DNA of 64,000 nucleotides from Paraspadella gotoi (lineage: Eukaryota; Animalia; Chaetognatha): NCBI GenBank assembly GCA_051294375.1, contig CM119264.1:25762159-25826158 (forward strand). Reading direction: 5' to 3'. The notes under the pieces were generated by a model, which saw only the letters and a list, made by a program, of their open reading frames with translations, ran no database searches and had not been told where the DNA came from. Position 1 is the first letter of the stretch. Each line of letters starts with the position of its first letter. The position numbers and the translations under genes are program-made. Below, piece by piece: positions 35,800 to 50,300 of the stretch.

Positions 35800-38700
35800 G
35801 GATCGCTAGTTGGCTTCTTTTCGTGTTTCTTGAGGGATCCGTCTGTGATAATTTCCACGGTTTCGACCCAGCTATAGAGACGACGTACTGTGATTCCGAC
35901 TCTCTTTCCTATAACTTGTGAGGGCCTGAATATATCTCTAGCCCTTTTTTAACCTCTTATTTCCCGGTTGTCCCCGCCGTGGCCAGGTTCATTATCAAGA
36001 TCTCGTCTGGCTAGGAACCAAGATCACCGACCTTGTTCTTACTCCGGTTCTTAAAATGGATTCCCTTTTCTGGCCCGATTGTTCTTTGTAAGAGTTTTGG
36101 TTCTTTGACTGGCCAGTTGCGCTTATCGGGACCTTCTTCTTGTTTGTGATCCGGCCTTTTGTTGTCCTGAGATGAACATCGGATAGGTTTCTCTCTTTTG
36201 TGAAATGTCTGCTGCTTTCTAACTTATTTCGCCTGCCAATACTGAGATTCTCATGTGGCGACAGTAGTCCCTGTCTTTCCAGCCAACTACTAAGGGGGTC
36301 CGCCGATAGTTGGAGAAGCAGCCATTAAGTGTGGGCAGGCTGTTCGAATGCCATCTGCTGTTGATCATCCACAGCTTGAGCAGAGCTTGGCCGAATCGGG
36401 CCCTATGATCCTCTCTGGCCCTAGATTAAACTGCGAGTCATTTTCGCCCTACGAGGACGCGTCCTGCCAACGGTATCTGGTAGATCGAGTGATCCGATTT
36501 CACGAAAATTGGGCGCTGAACATGCGTCCTCGCCGTTTAGCGGTTTGTGTTGGCACCATCAAAATTCCATCCCTTCCATGTAAGATCCCGTGCGATTTGG
36601 AGGGAAGATTTTTTTTTCGTCTAGGGTCGTTACTACAATTGCTGGCGGCAATCTGAGCCTCCGAACGCATGGGAATCGCTCCCATAGGTATCGGGAGATG
36701 CGTATAGTCTGACCGACTACTAATAATACCGTAACTAATCCGGGACAACGTGCGGAAGGATGCATGATGTCATGCTTTAAGTGTATCCCCAAGGGCGGTG
36801 ATGGCAGAGGGTTTGCGGCTGACCGGCGTCTCAATTATGTTCATTTGTGTGTCTGTTGCTTATTGGGGCTAGGCAGGCTTGATCACCAAGAATTATCTGA
36901 CCAATTTTTCGCTGGCAGCAGCCTGAGTACTACCAGGGGCCGCACAGGAGAATATACTGAGACGGGTGAGAACGTGTTCGATCCCATTCTCTTCGCGGGC
37001 CTGGGGTGTTCCAAAGTCGTTTTCATGAAACACGTTGGGCTAAATGATTCTCCAGTCCCCGCCTGTTTTGGGTGGTAGGACAGCTAAACTTTTTTTGTAG
37101 GCGGTGTCCGTCTCATTAAGGATCCTTTAATGATGAGGATGTCGTTGCGGTGATGTCCACGCAGCAGTCGTCCTAGGCAATTTGACAAGTTACCTTTCGG
37201 TGATCGTTATGAAGTTTTTGCATCATTTTCCCCCTTCGTTAAGTCTTGCCTCGCCCTGTTTACTCGCGGATCGCCCTTCTTCTAAGGCGTGTCGATGCAT
37301 AGGTTTGAAAAGATTCGTCCTCACTTTGCCCACTTTCTTCTGTTCGGTGGCAGAGCGGGCGGAACGAGTTCAGAGGCCGTTTTTTCTTTATATTCCCCTC
37401 GTGGTCTCAGTATTTTCCATGGCTACGTCTCTCTTGGCTTCTCCTGTCGGCACTCAGGACGTCGGGCTCGAGGGTGCTATCTAAATCATGAGCTCTTGAT
37501 GGGCGCCTGGCTTCCCACCAACCTCTATGGTGTGAGAGGTTTGGGCCAAGTTGGCGTCTGTGGGATTTCCGGTGGCCTACTGCTTTTCCGAGAGGTTAGA
37601 TGAAATCATGTGGGAGTTCGTCCAATGTCTCCGGGGTCTGTAGCTGCCCTGAAAAATCCTTCGGCCTTGTCTGCGTCCGGTATTCTCTTGAGTGGAGTCC
37701 AAATTTTTATAATTTTTGGATGGTCCTAGGTTGACCCAAGGATCGAGCGGGGTGGTCCGGTTCTCATCATCGGACTAAGCCTGAACTTCCGCAGTTATTG
37801 TTCTGAATATTTTAGGTGTCCTTTTTGTATTGCTGGGGGAACCATTACATAATTTCTACTTCTCGTCCCCCTCTCGATCACTTGCAACTCTGCTCTCTCC
37901 TTGGTCGGACATGCTTCCATGCCTATCCATAACTTATTCGGTTATCCATCGCTTCAGTCCTGAGACCATTCCTAAATTCTTCATGGGTGACTCCAGATCG
38001 CTCCCCAGTCTTTGGCCTGAATATGGTCCTGATAGGTGTTCCAGATCCTTTTGTTCCCTGAGCTTTCGCCATATAATTCTTTCGTATGTTGCCAGGCCTT
38101 GCTTTGTGTAAGATTTTTTGTCTCACGAAACGCTCGACTCTACAGAACATTTTCCCCTCCCTGAGGCTTTGGCATCTTCCGCCCTTACCAACACCATCCC
38201 TGCTTTTTCGCCTCTCCACTAATGCTAGTGTTTGGGCGAGTCCCGCAATGGAGCTCCAGGTGTTCTGGGTTTGCTCTGGTCGTACTACATAGGGTTTGTC
38301 TTGCAAAACCCCTGCTTCGTCAATTTCGGTCACAAACTCTATCTTCTATCGATCGCCGTATAACCCGCCATCAAAGCCCGGCTGGGAAGCAAAGGGTGTG
38401 TCGAAAGGCGTCACTGCCCCTGATCGTGATCGAGTTAAAAAAATCCGCTGGATTTCTTCACTCCTTTGACCGACGGATAAACCTCTTGATGAGCTGGCAT
38501 TCCTGTTTGATCTCTGTTATCCACGACTCAGCACGTTGACTGTTTGTGGGGTAACGAGCTGTCTGTGCTGTCGTGCTGTAGATAGATCGCATCCACCCCT
38601 GAAAATACTCGTGAATCTGTGATTAAGAGTGACGTTTCGTCCGAGGGTGTAACCTTGGAACTTACGAACCATCATATGAAAAGCGAGCGTTTCTAGGATA

Positions 38701-39100
38701 TACGTTCGATATGCTTTAATCCTATAATTACCACTGTCTTCTGTCCGGGAAACGCTTTCGGAATGGAATGATAATGGATTATTCCGACACATGAACGACT
38801 CGGATTCATCTGCCCGGGCGGTAATTTAAGTTGTACCGCCATTCGGCGCTATCGTGCTGTCGAGGCGAGTCAGCATAAATCTCCTATATGACTCCCATAG
38901 CCTGATCCTTGCCGTCATTAGAAGGCAAGTTTAGTCCTCAGATGATTGACGTTACTCTTCGACACGCGCGCAATGCTGCAAGCCTTCACATTGCCGCTAG
39001 GTTAGCCTTGAAACTGCCTTTTGTCCCAGATAGGGTGAGGGCGTGAAGGCTGGGGGATGTAGGGGAGAGGAAACGATGTGTGAAGCACTGTAGTAGCTTT
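35800..39100 (-). mobile_element. Ty3/Gypsy LTR-retrotransposon pol region (RT, RNase H, integrase), read through heavy insertion errors; boundaries approximate and LTRs not located
   Basis: Collinear minus-strand motifs, allowing for inserted bases: KPSGxVRLC (~38975-39010), IYLDD (tatcta[ca]g[c]acgac, ~38570-38584), YRPG (37630-37644), HE..GHPG..RM (~36990-37030), PLPSRPW (36789-36810), VVDYxSRY (~36687-36725), IFSxHG, NYRxTP (36294-36311), SPHE..L.GR (~36230-36261). The RT-RH-IN order fits Gypsy and excludes Copia. Confidence 0.65.
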
Positions 39101-40676
39101 AGTGATGCTAGAACATTGCTGCACTGGTTCCTTTTTTTTGCGTTTGAGCGGTCCTTCAGCTTGACCTTCGACGGGCAATCAAAGCTTTTCCTCTGTGGTA
39201 ATGTAGCTTGCTTTTGGGAGAGATGCTGAAGCCCCATAGTCGCGGATTTTGATGTCTTCCTTGCGCAATCAACAGGCCACCTTTTTCGGGTCCATTCTGA
39301 GGACTATCTTACTGATTCTCGTCCCTGCATCCTCTTGTAGGGAGATCAACGTAGCCTTTGGAGCCATGTCCTCCTGAGATTTGCTGTCAGATCAGAGTCA
39401 TCCACGACCGCCCAATTATACATCCAGAGAAACTTTTTCACGGTCCGGTCCCCAGGTCCTTGGAGAGTTTCGTCCAGAATATGCCTGGAGGAGTTGGACG
39501 GTGGGGTTTGTATCGAGCCTGTTTACTCCCCGATTCCCATGGGCAGAGACTTGTTCATAACCACCCAGTTTGTGGGGCCACGGGTCAGGCAGGCTCCCAG
39601 CAAAAGGTTGTAACTGGTTTGCATCGGTCTGAAGGAAGATTGGACACACTGGTGGAATCAATCCAAGGATATACCCACTGAACATTGAGGTTCGTATGTG
39701 TTTTCCCACCTGGTTCCACTTATATACTGTTCCAGTATTTGACGCTAGGTCTGGCGGTGTGTGTCCGCTAATAATGCGGATCAATATTTGTTATGTAGTG
39801 AGAGAGGACTGGTCCATATCGACCTTGAGTATCTCACATAGGATTTATCACTCGCCAGAATATGAGGATTTAGCAATATGGGTTTCGTCGTTCATTTCAA
39901 TTTGGTATCTTGCCTTCGGCTTGTTTTCTCGATATGTTCCTGGTTTTTTTGATGCGATGTAATCAGGTTGTTGCTGCCTTTATTTCTCTCCGCACACCTG
40001 CCTTTTTTTTTTAAATAAATTAAGCCTCTTGTTCCTTTTCCCTTGAGACGATGTCCAGTCTCATTTCCACAAATTTCCAGATATCTCTGTGTTTGATGTG
40101 TGCGTGATTATTCCCTTTTCGACAGGGATCCGCTGTACATTGGGGTGAATTTTTGGTTTTAGAGGAGATTCCTACCCATAAGATGTAACCCCAGGTCCTC
40201 CTCTGTACGTTCTTGTATTTTTTAATGCTATTGTGGTTTTAAAACTGTCATAAGATTTTTTTGGAATCCCCGTTTCTTTTAGTCATTTATAATGATCGGA
40301 TGTTCTATTCACAAATAACGTATTTTTTTTCTCGACTCGCGGTTTTTTTTCATACTACTCGACTACCCATACCTCTCGAAACGCCTCCCATGACAAAAGA
40401 CTTGAGACCTTTTTTTTCCCTGAGGGCATAGGTCGACCGTACCTATAAAATGGCCTCTTAGATCAAAGCTTCTGTTTCCCCGGGTCGTAACGTAGCGCTT
40501 TGTTTTCTTCTTATTTCGAGCTTTCCTACCTAACTAAAGCAAGCATCGTAATATGTCGTCACTTTTAGGCGCTATACTGATGTATATCTGGTTTTATCAT
40601 GGTCTTGTTTGCTTTTGGGATGTCGACCTTTCTGACCCGTTTTCTGAGCGANNNNNNNNNNNNNNNNNNNNNNNNN

Positions 40677-41319
40677 CCTGTTTATGTTAGGAATGAGGAT
40701 AGCTTAATGCACTACAGTACACTGCACTGTACTGCACTGCACTGCACACTGTGCGTGTGCAGTCACATGATCACTTTAAAAAGCCATCATGTGACCCCCA
40801 ATTTAATTATTTTAATTAATGGTTGTCAGATATTTGATTATTTTAGTTTAAACTTTGCACATAACTGAATAACCATTGCATGTTTGTTATATGTTTATTT
40901 CATAGTAATATAGTCACCTAATCATCCAGAAATACATGTGATAACAAAGTTACAGCGGCTCAACACATTGGAATTACCGTTCTTGTTACTTTCTCTTTTT
41001 CTTGTTTCTTTCTCTTTTTCTTTTTTTTTTCTCTTTCTCTTTTTCTTTTTTCTTTTTCATGTTTCTTTTTCTTTTTATTTTTTTTAGGTTAACGACGTCG
41101 TGACTTTTTTTTCGTCATCGTTTTTTGACGATAGAATCGCGACTCGGTGTGTCGACGTCGGTTGTTTAAGCATGGTGTGGCAGGAATCATTATATCACGT
41201 TCACATTTAAAAATTCTTAATAAGTTTATAAAACTTAACTCGTACGTTACAAGTTAATCTTAAGGTTTGTGAAAGTTGGAAAAACAAATTTTTTTTTAAA
41301 TACAGTGGGGCGGTTAAGG
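40677..41319 (+). repeat. Shorter copy of ~23503-24926 lacking the MITE
   Basis: Shared anchors: tgttaggaa, ccaaatttaattatt, taatcatccagaaatacatgtgataaca and ttttttgacgatagaatcgcga. Confidence 0.9.
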
Positions 41320-44300
41320 TTTGTTGCAAAAAAAATAGCTCAGGTGGAGGGCGTTAAAGGATCATGATGCGTTGGAAAAAAATATGTAAAAACTATTCTG
41401 ACATGACATGTCTTAAGCGGTAGGGAAGCCAATAAGTAAGCTGCAATACTGGGATCGTATATTAGAAGTCTCAGACACCAATGAATCAAGCTATGGCAGT
41501 CCTAGCTATATTCACGGAGTAGCCCGTTCCACGAAATAACAGTAGAGAGACCGGGGTCTGCATTGGAAAGTCACTTTCACTCGTCTCGTCTGCATGCTTC
41601 TTCCCACTGGACTGACGCCGGCTCTTTCTCAGTTCTCACACCAGACATTCTTTCTCTCTCTTGCTGTCCTTAGCTTACTTCGACGGCGTGCGCGTGCTTA
41701 GATCAGGGTCATTGCGAGTGACAATCTAGTATACAGCAAAACAAGACAATATACCGACCAGACTCACTTATCAGCCGTAATATTACACCGCGTCTCGGAA
41801 GTTACCGTGCTGGACTGAATGAGGCTCGGATCAGCATTATCCATCAAGAATTGGTCGTCGTGTGTCCAAATGCGGCGGGTAAGGATTCCCGTCTTCGCTT
41901 CTCCAACCCGTTCAATCTCATTCTCGAGCTCGTCAGGTCTCTCAGCCAACCTCCTCTCATCTTGCAACTCACCTCTCTCCTCGTGCATCATCCTCTTTCT
42001 CTCTCCGTCGTCATCCCGCCTCTCTATGCCCTACGTTGACTATAGGCGTCATAAGTCAAGTCAGGATTTATGCAATGGTTTGAGGGGGAACGTCAACGGC
42101 CCTTTCCGGGGGGGCGGGTAAATAAGCACGCAATATCTTGGAACCAAATAAACTTCGTGGAGGAGGGGGGTCGAGAAGTCAGAGGCGGACACCGCGAGCA
42201 GGACGGCGCAAAATTTGTTTGTTATTCACCCGGCGTGCAAAACGTTTTTGAATGGGATTTAGGAGGCGAAGAAAAATCTTTTTTTCTCCTTCTTATGTGG
42301 GAAAAAAAAAAATAAAATTAACAATAGAAGTAGGGTAAAGACCTCGCATTTCAAGCGTTTCGAAATTTAAAAGTAAAAAAAAGAGGAAACACGGTTATAC
42401 GTTCAAGCTGAGGGAGGACAGGGGGACAAAAAGATATTGTGGCAAGAGTTTTGTGGCACAAATTCTCCGCAAGAATAAAAAAAACAAACATAGGAAGCGA
42501 AGATCAGAACAAACAAAAATAACACGCCGTTCATATCGGGATACAAAAACTTCAACCCTTATACCCTATTCGTTTTTTTTTTAAACGAAAAATCGTCACA
42601 CTTGTTTTGGGTAAAACAGCGTTGCTCCGAAATTTTCCAAAGGGAAAAGAATACCAGGGATAGTTGAAGAAATTGGTAAGCAAAAAAACAAACGAAACCC
42701 GATACGAACAGATATGTGATTTATGACACAATTCAATACTTGTCAGAAACAGGAGCTTACGGATATGAGAACATCACCTTAATGTTTTAAAAATCTTGTT
42801 GTTTCTCAGTTTGAAAAAAAATAAAGGATCAATTGGTCTCATGCCTGGAGATTCGATAAAGGGTCGATCTTCTATAGAACTTCAGTTTCTCTATTCTCCT
42901 GAGAAGAAAAAAAAAATAACAAATAAAGGAAATGGGGTATAAGTAACTGAAAGTCACATAGAAAAAACAAAGGGAACCTCAGCAAAAAGAAAAGGGGAAA
43001 AAAACGGGAAAAAAGAGAGGACAAAAATAATTTGTTTCCCGTCGTCGTAAAAGGCGACGCGACCTGACCCTTCCGGAGGATCTTCACCCAAAGGTAGGAG
43101 AAACCGAACAGAAAAGAAGACGGAGGAAACACATTGATGATGGTTATGATAGGAAGGGAAGAGAGAGAGAAAGGAGGAACACGGGAGGGAGAATAGTAAG
43201 GGAGAGCTACGTATAGGAAAGGGAGAGAGGAAGAAGAGGAGAGGTGAGAGAGAGAAGAGAGAGCACGAGCTAAACATGGGAGAAAAAGCAGGTAAGAAGA
43301 CGCAAGGCATCTGTGGAATTGATCCTGGGGCCAGAGCGACACGGAAGGAGAGACAGTCAATGCCGACACGAAAAAAAGGCGGAAAAGGGAGGCCGTGTCC
43401 CTGGTTGAGGGGACCCGAGCCATCCGTCGGGCGGGACAATGGCGGAGATGTCCCCGCCAACGCCAGCCCGATTACCGGCTCACATCTTTGCCGCAGTCTT
43501 TCCGAGCTTTACCCAATAAGAAGTGAGAAGAAATGAAAATGTCGCGCCTGCAGAGACCAAAAGATCGAAACAACAGACACCAACAGAGAAAGGCTGACCG
43601 TCGGCGGGGAGAGGAGAAAGAAGAAGATAGAATTAGGAAAAGTAGTAAATTATAAAAAGTAAAAAACAGGATAAAAAAGAAAAAGAAAGGGCCATGTGAT
43701 TGAAACGACTCTCCCGCCATATTGAAAAAGAGGGTAAAACAAGAAGGCAATACATATGGAAAACAAATTGAAATTTAAGACCACCCAAAGTCAAATAGCG
43801 TCGCGGGCCGCCGAACTTGCGAAATATAACAGATCAAGTTACTAGGTTTTTATTCGGGAATTTTTCCAAACAATATTCGAAAGACGAGATAGCGAATGAA
43901 AACAAGGACAATCAGAGGGAAAAGTATTTACTTTCGATTGACCAGATAGAGCAAGTATTTATTGTGAATGAAACGCAGGGATAAATATTTTTGTAGTAGT
44001 CTGTTAAACAACCTAGTAAACAAAATCCGTGAAATGTGAGTACCCTTCTATGTTAGAAAAGTGGAGCATGGGGCATTTTCAAATGAATATAGGCGACAAA
44101 AGCCCCGAGAAGCTGGTCGATAACACAGAGCTAGGCGAGGAAGATGGAAAAAAGTAAACGGAATGCCAGAGGTCCGAGTCCTACCGGGCAAAAGACGTGG
44201 CACGCGAAAACGAAATAAAAAATATATAAATACACCCAAAGTCTCTATAGTTTGCCGACATTGGTATACGCAAGCGGAACAAGAAGAAACATAAAAATAA

Positions 44301-47300
44301 AATGAGAGAAAATAATAACATTAATTCGATGGACAACGAATATCGCGGGACGAAAATGCAAAGAAGGATAGCAAGATCTCCTTCAGTACGACCCCGACCA
44401 AACGTACTAATAATAAAGAACTTTGAGACAAGTTGCGCATCTCAGCGGAGACGCCGATGGTTTACACGTCCCTTGAAAGAATCAGGCCACACGACGACCG
44501 GAAGGGCACAATAAAGATACAGGGAAAGCTACAACGACAACGGAACGCAACACGGACGACAAACACAGACGCACCGCGTCAGAGATTGAGATCTTCGTCT
44601 CTCGATTATTCCTTTCCTGAGAATCGAGAGAGCGATGCTAGAGGCCAGAAACTCGGGAAATTATTCCAGGTAACATCTCCCACGAGCCGCCGACTATTAT
44701 TTGGGGTTTTTGACGGAGATAAGCGACCACCTTACTCCTGGAACATAATTACTCTGAACGCTTTAAACACTTTTATATTGGCTGAGGTAGGGCCCATTGC
44801 CAAATGCTCTTCAGAGTAAACTGTTTAATCAGTCACTCGGTGCGATCCCTAAGCCCGACTTCTGTTCAAGTACGAGCACCATTATTCCTCTGCTCCATCG
44901 ACGCTTAGACTATACTATCATCACCACTGCATTACTGAAAATGGGGGTGGGGTTGCAATCTTCTGTTCTCCGACCTTACTCGACGTCAACCACGGAATTG
45001 CGGACAAGCAGCGGCCCAACAACTTTTTTTTCCCTCTCTCGCAATCACGCCCGAGACACAGCTCCGCTCTAGCTGCACCCACTGCCGCGACTGGGCATCT
45101 TTCCAAGTGCCCGATACCTACTCTTCCCTTTTAAGCGCAATCTTCCAACCCTGCATCTATCTATCCCACCGGATCATCCTGTCTGCCGACCGGAAAAATA
45201 TAACTGGATTGTCGACTACTTACATCCTCCAGTCCGAGGCATTGGCCGTTATTTAAACTTCTCTGGCATTTAATCCTTCCTCTTTTTTCCCTTTCCTTCC
45301 CTTTTACCTTACTTATCTTATCTTCTTTCTGCTCGAGAGCACACTCTGTCTTTATTGTTTTTTTCATATTGGCTAATCGTTCTTTTCCCAGGGGGAGGAA
45401 AAGCAAAAAAACGCCCAGGGTGTATAAAAGAAATATTTAAGGAAAGGGGCCAATAGTAGTCGACATTAGTAAAAAAACTATTAACTGGGTATATCTATTT
45501 AAAATACTACATGATTTTTAGTTTATAAATGTATTATAATAAACAAGTATTTATTTGTTTTTGAAAAACGTGGTTTTTTGGCTTCTAATCCAAATCATTT
45601 TAGAAAATACATTAATAGAAAAAAAATACGTAATATTTTATACGCTGGCACAATTCCTCTGGGGCCCACTCTAAGATCATGCCTCATCTTCTTACCTTTG
45701 TCCTCAGACCCGTATACCTGTTTAGAATTTTGTGAGTTCCTACCAATCAGTTGATGTCGGCTAAACTGAGTCCGACATACGTTAGCCACAGACCTATCAT
45801 CAATTATTCTATTTGCTACAATTTTTTCAATCTCCAGCCACGTTAAAACCCTACCTTTGCTCTTCACCCCGAACTTATTTGACTTCCGTTCAAAGAAAAC
45901 AATTCCTCTTTCCCTCGGGTTGACCTCCATTTTTCCTTTAAGTAACAGCCAATAAAAATATAGAAACCCCTCTCACCCCCGATACCTCAAACCGGACCCT
46001 ACTCGAATCTACCTTCTCATCCAATCCCCTTAAGGATCCACTTGCCCAATTCGCCCCTCTCTCCCGCACCAAGTCATTTGGCGGGTACCGGTGGTTTCGA
46101 GGCCGGCGTCCAGCGATGTCCTTTTCCAAAAATAATGTGCCGCAGAACGTGGATCGGTCGAGATCCCCGATGTAACTGGAGGTAACGGTGGTTGCCTGAG
46201 GGGGACTAGTCGGTTTTCACCTTAGAGGGTAACGCGCAAATACGCGGTGTCCGCCCGCTTGCGAAAATACCATGAGGAAGAGCTGTCTGAAGGAAGGAAG
46301 GAGCCGGGGTGCACGGCGAAGTAAAGGAGCAGGGGAAAACAGGGTAGGTTAGTATACTTAAGAGGAGGAGGAGGAGGCATAGGAAAGCGTATTGAAGTAC
46401 TATGAGTGGGCACAGCCGGGGACGCAATAGGCCTTGTGATTACTGCCTAATCGGGGTACTGTGCGGCGGTCTATCATTCCACCCCAAACCCGCGTAGGGG
46501 CCAGTCGTCGCGAGGACAGTCACCCTACCAGTGGGATACCGGCCTTCTGATCATTGTCATGATTTATGTAGTTGTTAGAGTCGATACGTAATAAGAGCAC
46601 AGCACGATTATTCCACGAGTCAGTATTTCCTGATACCCAGTGTCGGCAGGTGCGCAACTGGGGCTGCGGGCCGCGCTCGCGGGTCACAATTTAGGCCAAA
46701 CTCCGCTGGCGGGATAAGCGCCCAGAGGCAATTGGAACCCCCGGGACCCACCGGGATGGAATGAGATGATTTAGGCGTCGTGCCTCCAGACCATTTGGAG
46801 ACTAGGCTGAGCGAAAAAGGGGCCAAGGGCCAGTGGGAGGGCAGGCTGTCCTTTTTAAGTATCTTGCTGCCAACTCTATAACCAAGGATCATGTTAATGT
46901 AATTAAGAAAATAGTTACATAACAAATAATATAATCATAACTTCAGGCCATCTTTTTGCTCAATAGAAATCTTTGCCATGAACAGTAATTGGACCATAAA
47001 GAAAAGAATAGAGGAAGACTCAAGTAGGGGACAAGAACTAAAAATGGTGGGGTGTTAATATGCAAGCAAGCAGAGACGCCCTATTGTTCCTGCAAATGCT
47101 GAGGTTTTATTGCCTTTTGGTTTCTATTGATCTTATCTTGATTTTTTGTGGTTTATATTGTCTATTCTCCGCTTTAGACTGGGATGTTTGGGTCAGCCGG
47201 TTCAAAATTATTGTTATTGGTAGTATTTGGGAAATTTTTCCACGGGGGAGGAGAGAGAAAAGAGACGCCCACCGCCCCGGTTGTATGTTAGTTAGTTTGA

Positions 47301-50300
47301 GTTTTGATCCCTAATTTAGTTTGGCAATCCTAAAAAAGCATTTGTTGGAAAATAGCGAGAGTATTCGTTGTCAAACATTTTGCGGAGGATCTGTGTCCTT
47401 CTTCCCGTCCTGCATGGATGGTCGCTCGGGATGAAAGGAGGCTGACCGTACTCGTCGGAGGTCGCCTCCGTTTCAAGGGCGTGTTTGGTTACCTCATTAT
47501 CACTGACATTTTCCTAAAGAAGACCAGTCTATCTAATCGTCGGGGCCGGTTTTGCACGAAAATAATCCATCATTCTTATTTAATATTAATTTAATTTTAA
47601 AGTTGTAATTTTTTTCTACCCCCCTTCTTTATGGTAATTTAATTCTTCTAGAGCTGGGAGCGACTCGCCTGGTCAATTCCCGCTGCCGAACCCACGTCAT
47701 GAGATCATTATCGACAAACGAGATCAGGTGACGTAGTCAGGACGGGTCATACTTACATAATAAATGGTCGAGATCACCCGCCAAGTTGCATCATTCTATG
47801 ATTTTTTTTTTTTGTATTCCACACATTTCGAGTAGTTTTGGTTTCCTGTTGATTTTAAATAGTGCTCTTGTGACAATTTTAAGGGGGTCCTTCTAGTTTA
47901 ACACTGGTAGACAAGTGACGAAGTCACGAGGGGCGTCGGTTTGTCGGTTGTCTTGTCTTGCCTCCCGGAAGTGTCGTACGTTTAAAACGGCGGGCGGTCC
48001 GCAGCTGGAAAAACGAGGCGCACTTGAAACCCCGTCATCGATGACACGGGCGTTAACGATCGCAGCCTTGCCGAACGCGACGGCGAACGAAACCCATCGC
48101 CTCTCAGAGTAAAATAGGGTCGAATGAGCGCAGGAGGATAAGACGAAGAAAGATGACGACGAACCAGATGAGTATGAGGACGACGATATAGACCATAGGA
48201 TGACCATGATGACGATGAGGATGACAAACGATGCGACGATGACGACATGATGACGATGACGACCATGAGGACGATGATTGAGGACGATGACGATGATATT
48301 TAACGATGAGTACGATGATGACGACAGAATGAGGACTGACGATTAGAGCGTATGGATTGATATTGTGTACGTTGATCAGGTATCGTTATGCCTTTTAGTT
48401 GGCCTTATCGTTAGGACTGTATTTGTACGAGATAACGATTACTGACATATTGACGAGGCTAGAATCGATGGAGCAATATGATAATTTATATTACGAAACT
48501 TTGAGATCATGTAGACTGTTAAACATGATTTGACTTACTTAATTATAATGACAAATGAGGAGATGATCATTAGGGAGCACTCGGCCATATAGCTATGGAG
48601 ATTTTTTTGTTATTACTGTAGAGGGTAGAACAAGCGCATCTACGGATGACAAGCGAGGCAATACATTGAATGAGATTAGAACTAAGACTCATGACGAAGT
48701 ATGTAGACAGAGAGATGAGGACAAGTCTGATGATATTAAAACCGATAGTAGTGATAGATGATTGAAACGGATCATAAACTCGAGGGACTAGGTAAGACGC
48801 CATGAATACAGTATGAGTGTGAATATGTTAGTGGTGGGATTGACGAGGAGCGACGACCAGACATCTCCGAGCTTGTTCGGATGAGCACGATCATGGATTC
48901 CGGGCAAGAAAACATTGTCCAAAAGGATAAGTCACGTATGTATGGACGATGTATTCTGATAAAAGAGCCGAACAAAACCGCCCCATGATTTCTAATTATT
49001 CTTGCCCATGATGGGCGATGCCCAAATGAACGAATAGACCAATTCTTATCACAAGGAGAGAAATCGTTGTAAACGATGACAACCCACCAGCACTGCCGCC
49101 CGGATACTGATCCCGACAGACGATCAAAAAATGTTGAAATGTCGATCAACTTCCCATGCCGGATAGAGAAGTTACGTTCGCACTAGCGGTTATACGGAAG
49201 ATGGAGTGAACGACACCAGGAGTGCAGGCGGGCAGAGGCGTACGCCTGTCCGTATCTGCCACGAAATCCCGTACCACATTATCTTCCTTCTCTTCTCCAA
49301 CCAGATAGCACCGATAACGAGCATACCAAACCTTCTCAGTCCCTAGGCGTACCCCAACCGACACGGTTCACCTTACTGCTTCGTATTCAATCCCTTGACA
49401 GCCGCGACACCTCGGAACAGAAAGACCGACCAACACCCATCGAGCAATGCAATGACACAAAGCACCGTCGGAATGTACAAAACCTCTTGGAGTCACTGGC
49501 GAATGAGGCAGAGTAAATTGAATGATGACACCCCACTCATAAAGATGCACTCCGCCACATTTTTTTCTCCACAAAAAATGACACTCTAACGCTTTTATAT
49601 TCTGCACTGTGTAAACAATCGACGGTCTCTCTTTCCTTTTTTAAATTGATCTGATCTTTTACTCTTTCATATCGTTTTAATTTCTTGTTCATTTCTTCCT
49701 TTTAGGGATCTTTCCCTTCTACTTCTTATTTTTTTCCTTAAGTACTATTTTTTTTATTTAAGAATTATTTCTTCTTTTCTTCTTTCATAATATCCTATCT
49801 TTTTTATACATATTCAAGCTTGCAAATTTTATTTTTCACACCGTACAACGTCTTAATCCTCCATTCTTTAACAGTGAACTATGATAGGGAAAGAACCAGC
49901 GACGGGAGTATTCTTGAATGCGCCCGACCACGGAAGAAAGAGATGGGGAATTATAAATTTCTATCTCAGAAAATAGAGACAATATGGGTAAGAACTTGAC
50001 AAACAGAATAAACGGTGTCAAAGAAAATTAACAAGAGAGGGAGCCGAGAGTGAATAATATATAAAAAGTTGGGTATCCTCCCTTTAATTGATCTATAACA
50101 CTCATTGGCATTCAAAAGATACATTCCCGAGTAAATCGGTAGAGCCATGGCGGGTAAAAAGTTACAGCCGTAGAAAGGAAGCCCCAATCTGGCCCATTGT
50201 GGGGCCGGATGCCGAATCTGATGTGTTCTTTATATAAATGCATCCTCCTCTAATTTTTGGTAGAGAGTACTGTTCATGGAGACGTAAACACCTAACGAAA

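Larger units (their letters stand above)
24927..40651 (+). repeat. Copy 1 of a ~15.7-kb direct duplication (insertion-rich long-read fill)
   Basis: Matches 41320-56987 at offset 16393, then at 16336 after a divergent patch at ~27130-27610. Both copies end at ...ttctgagcga followed by 25 N. Confidence 0.95.

Noticed and set aside
38400-38800. RTE-type LINE reverse transcriptase (MVRKFQG and IKQEC look-alikes)
   Set aside because: The surrounding RNase H and integrase motifs and a YLDD fit Ty3/Gypsy better; the LINE-like words are probably chance.
25371-40000. Dozens of 60-180-aa ORFs recurring identically twice, suggesting a conserved operon or viral insert
   Set aside because: The recurrence comes from the artefactual duplication, and the translations lack recognisable domains in this indel-corrupted sequence.
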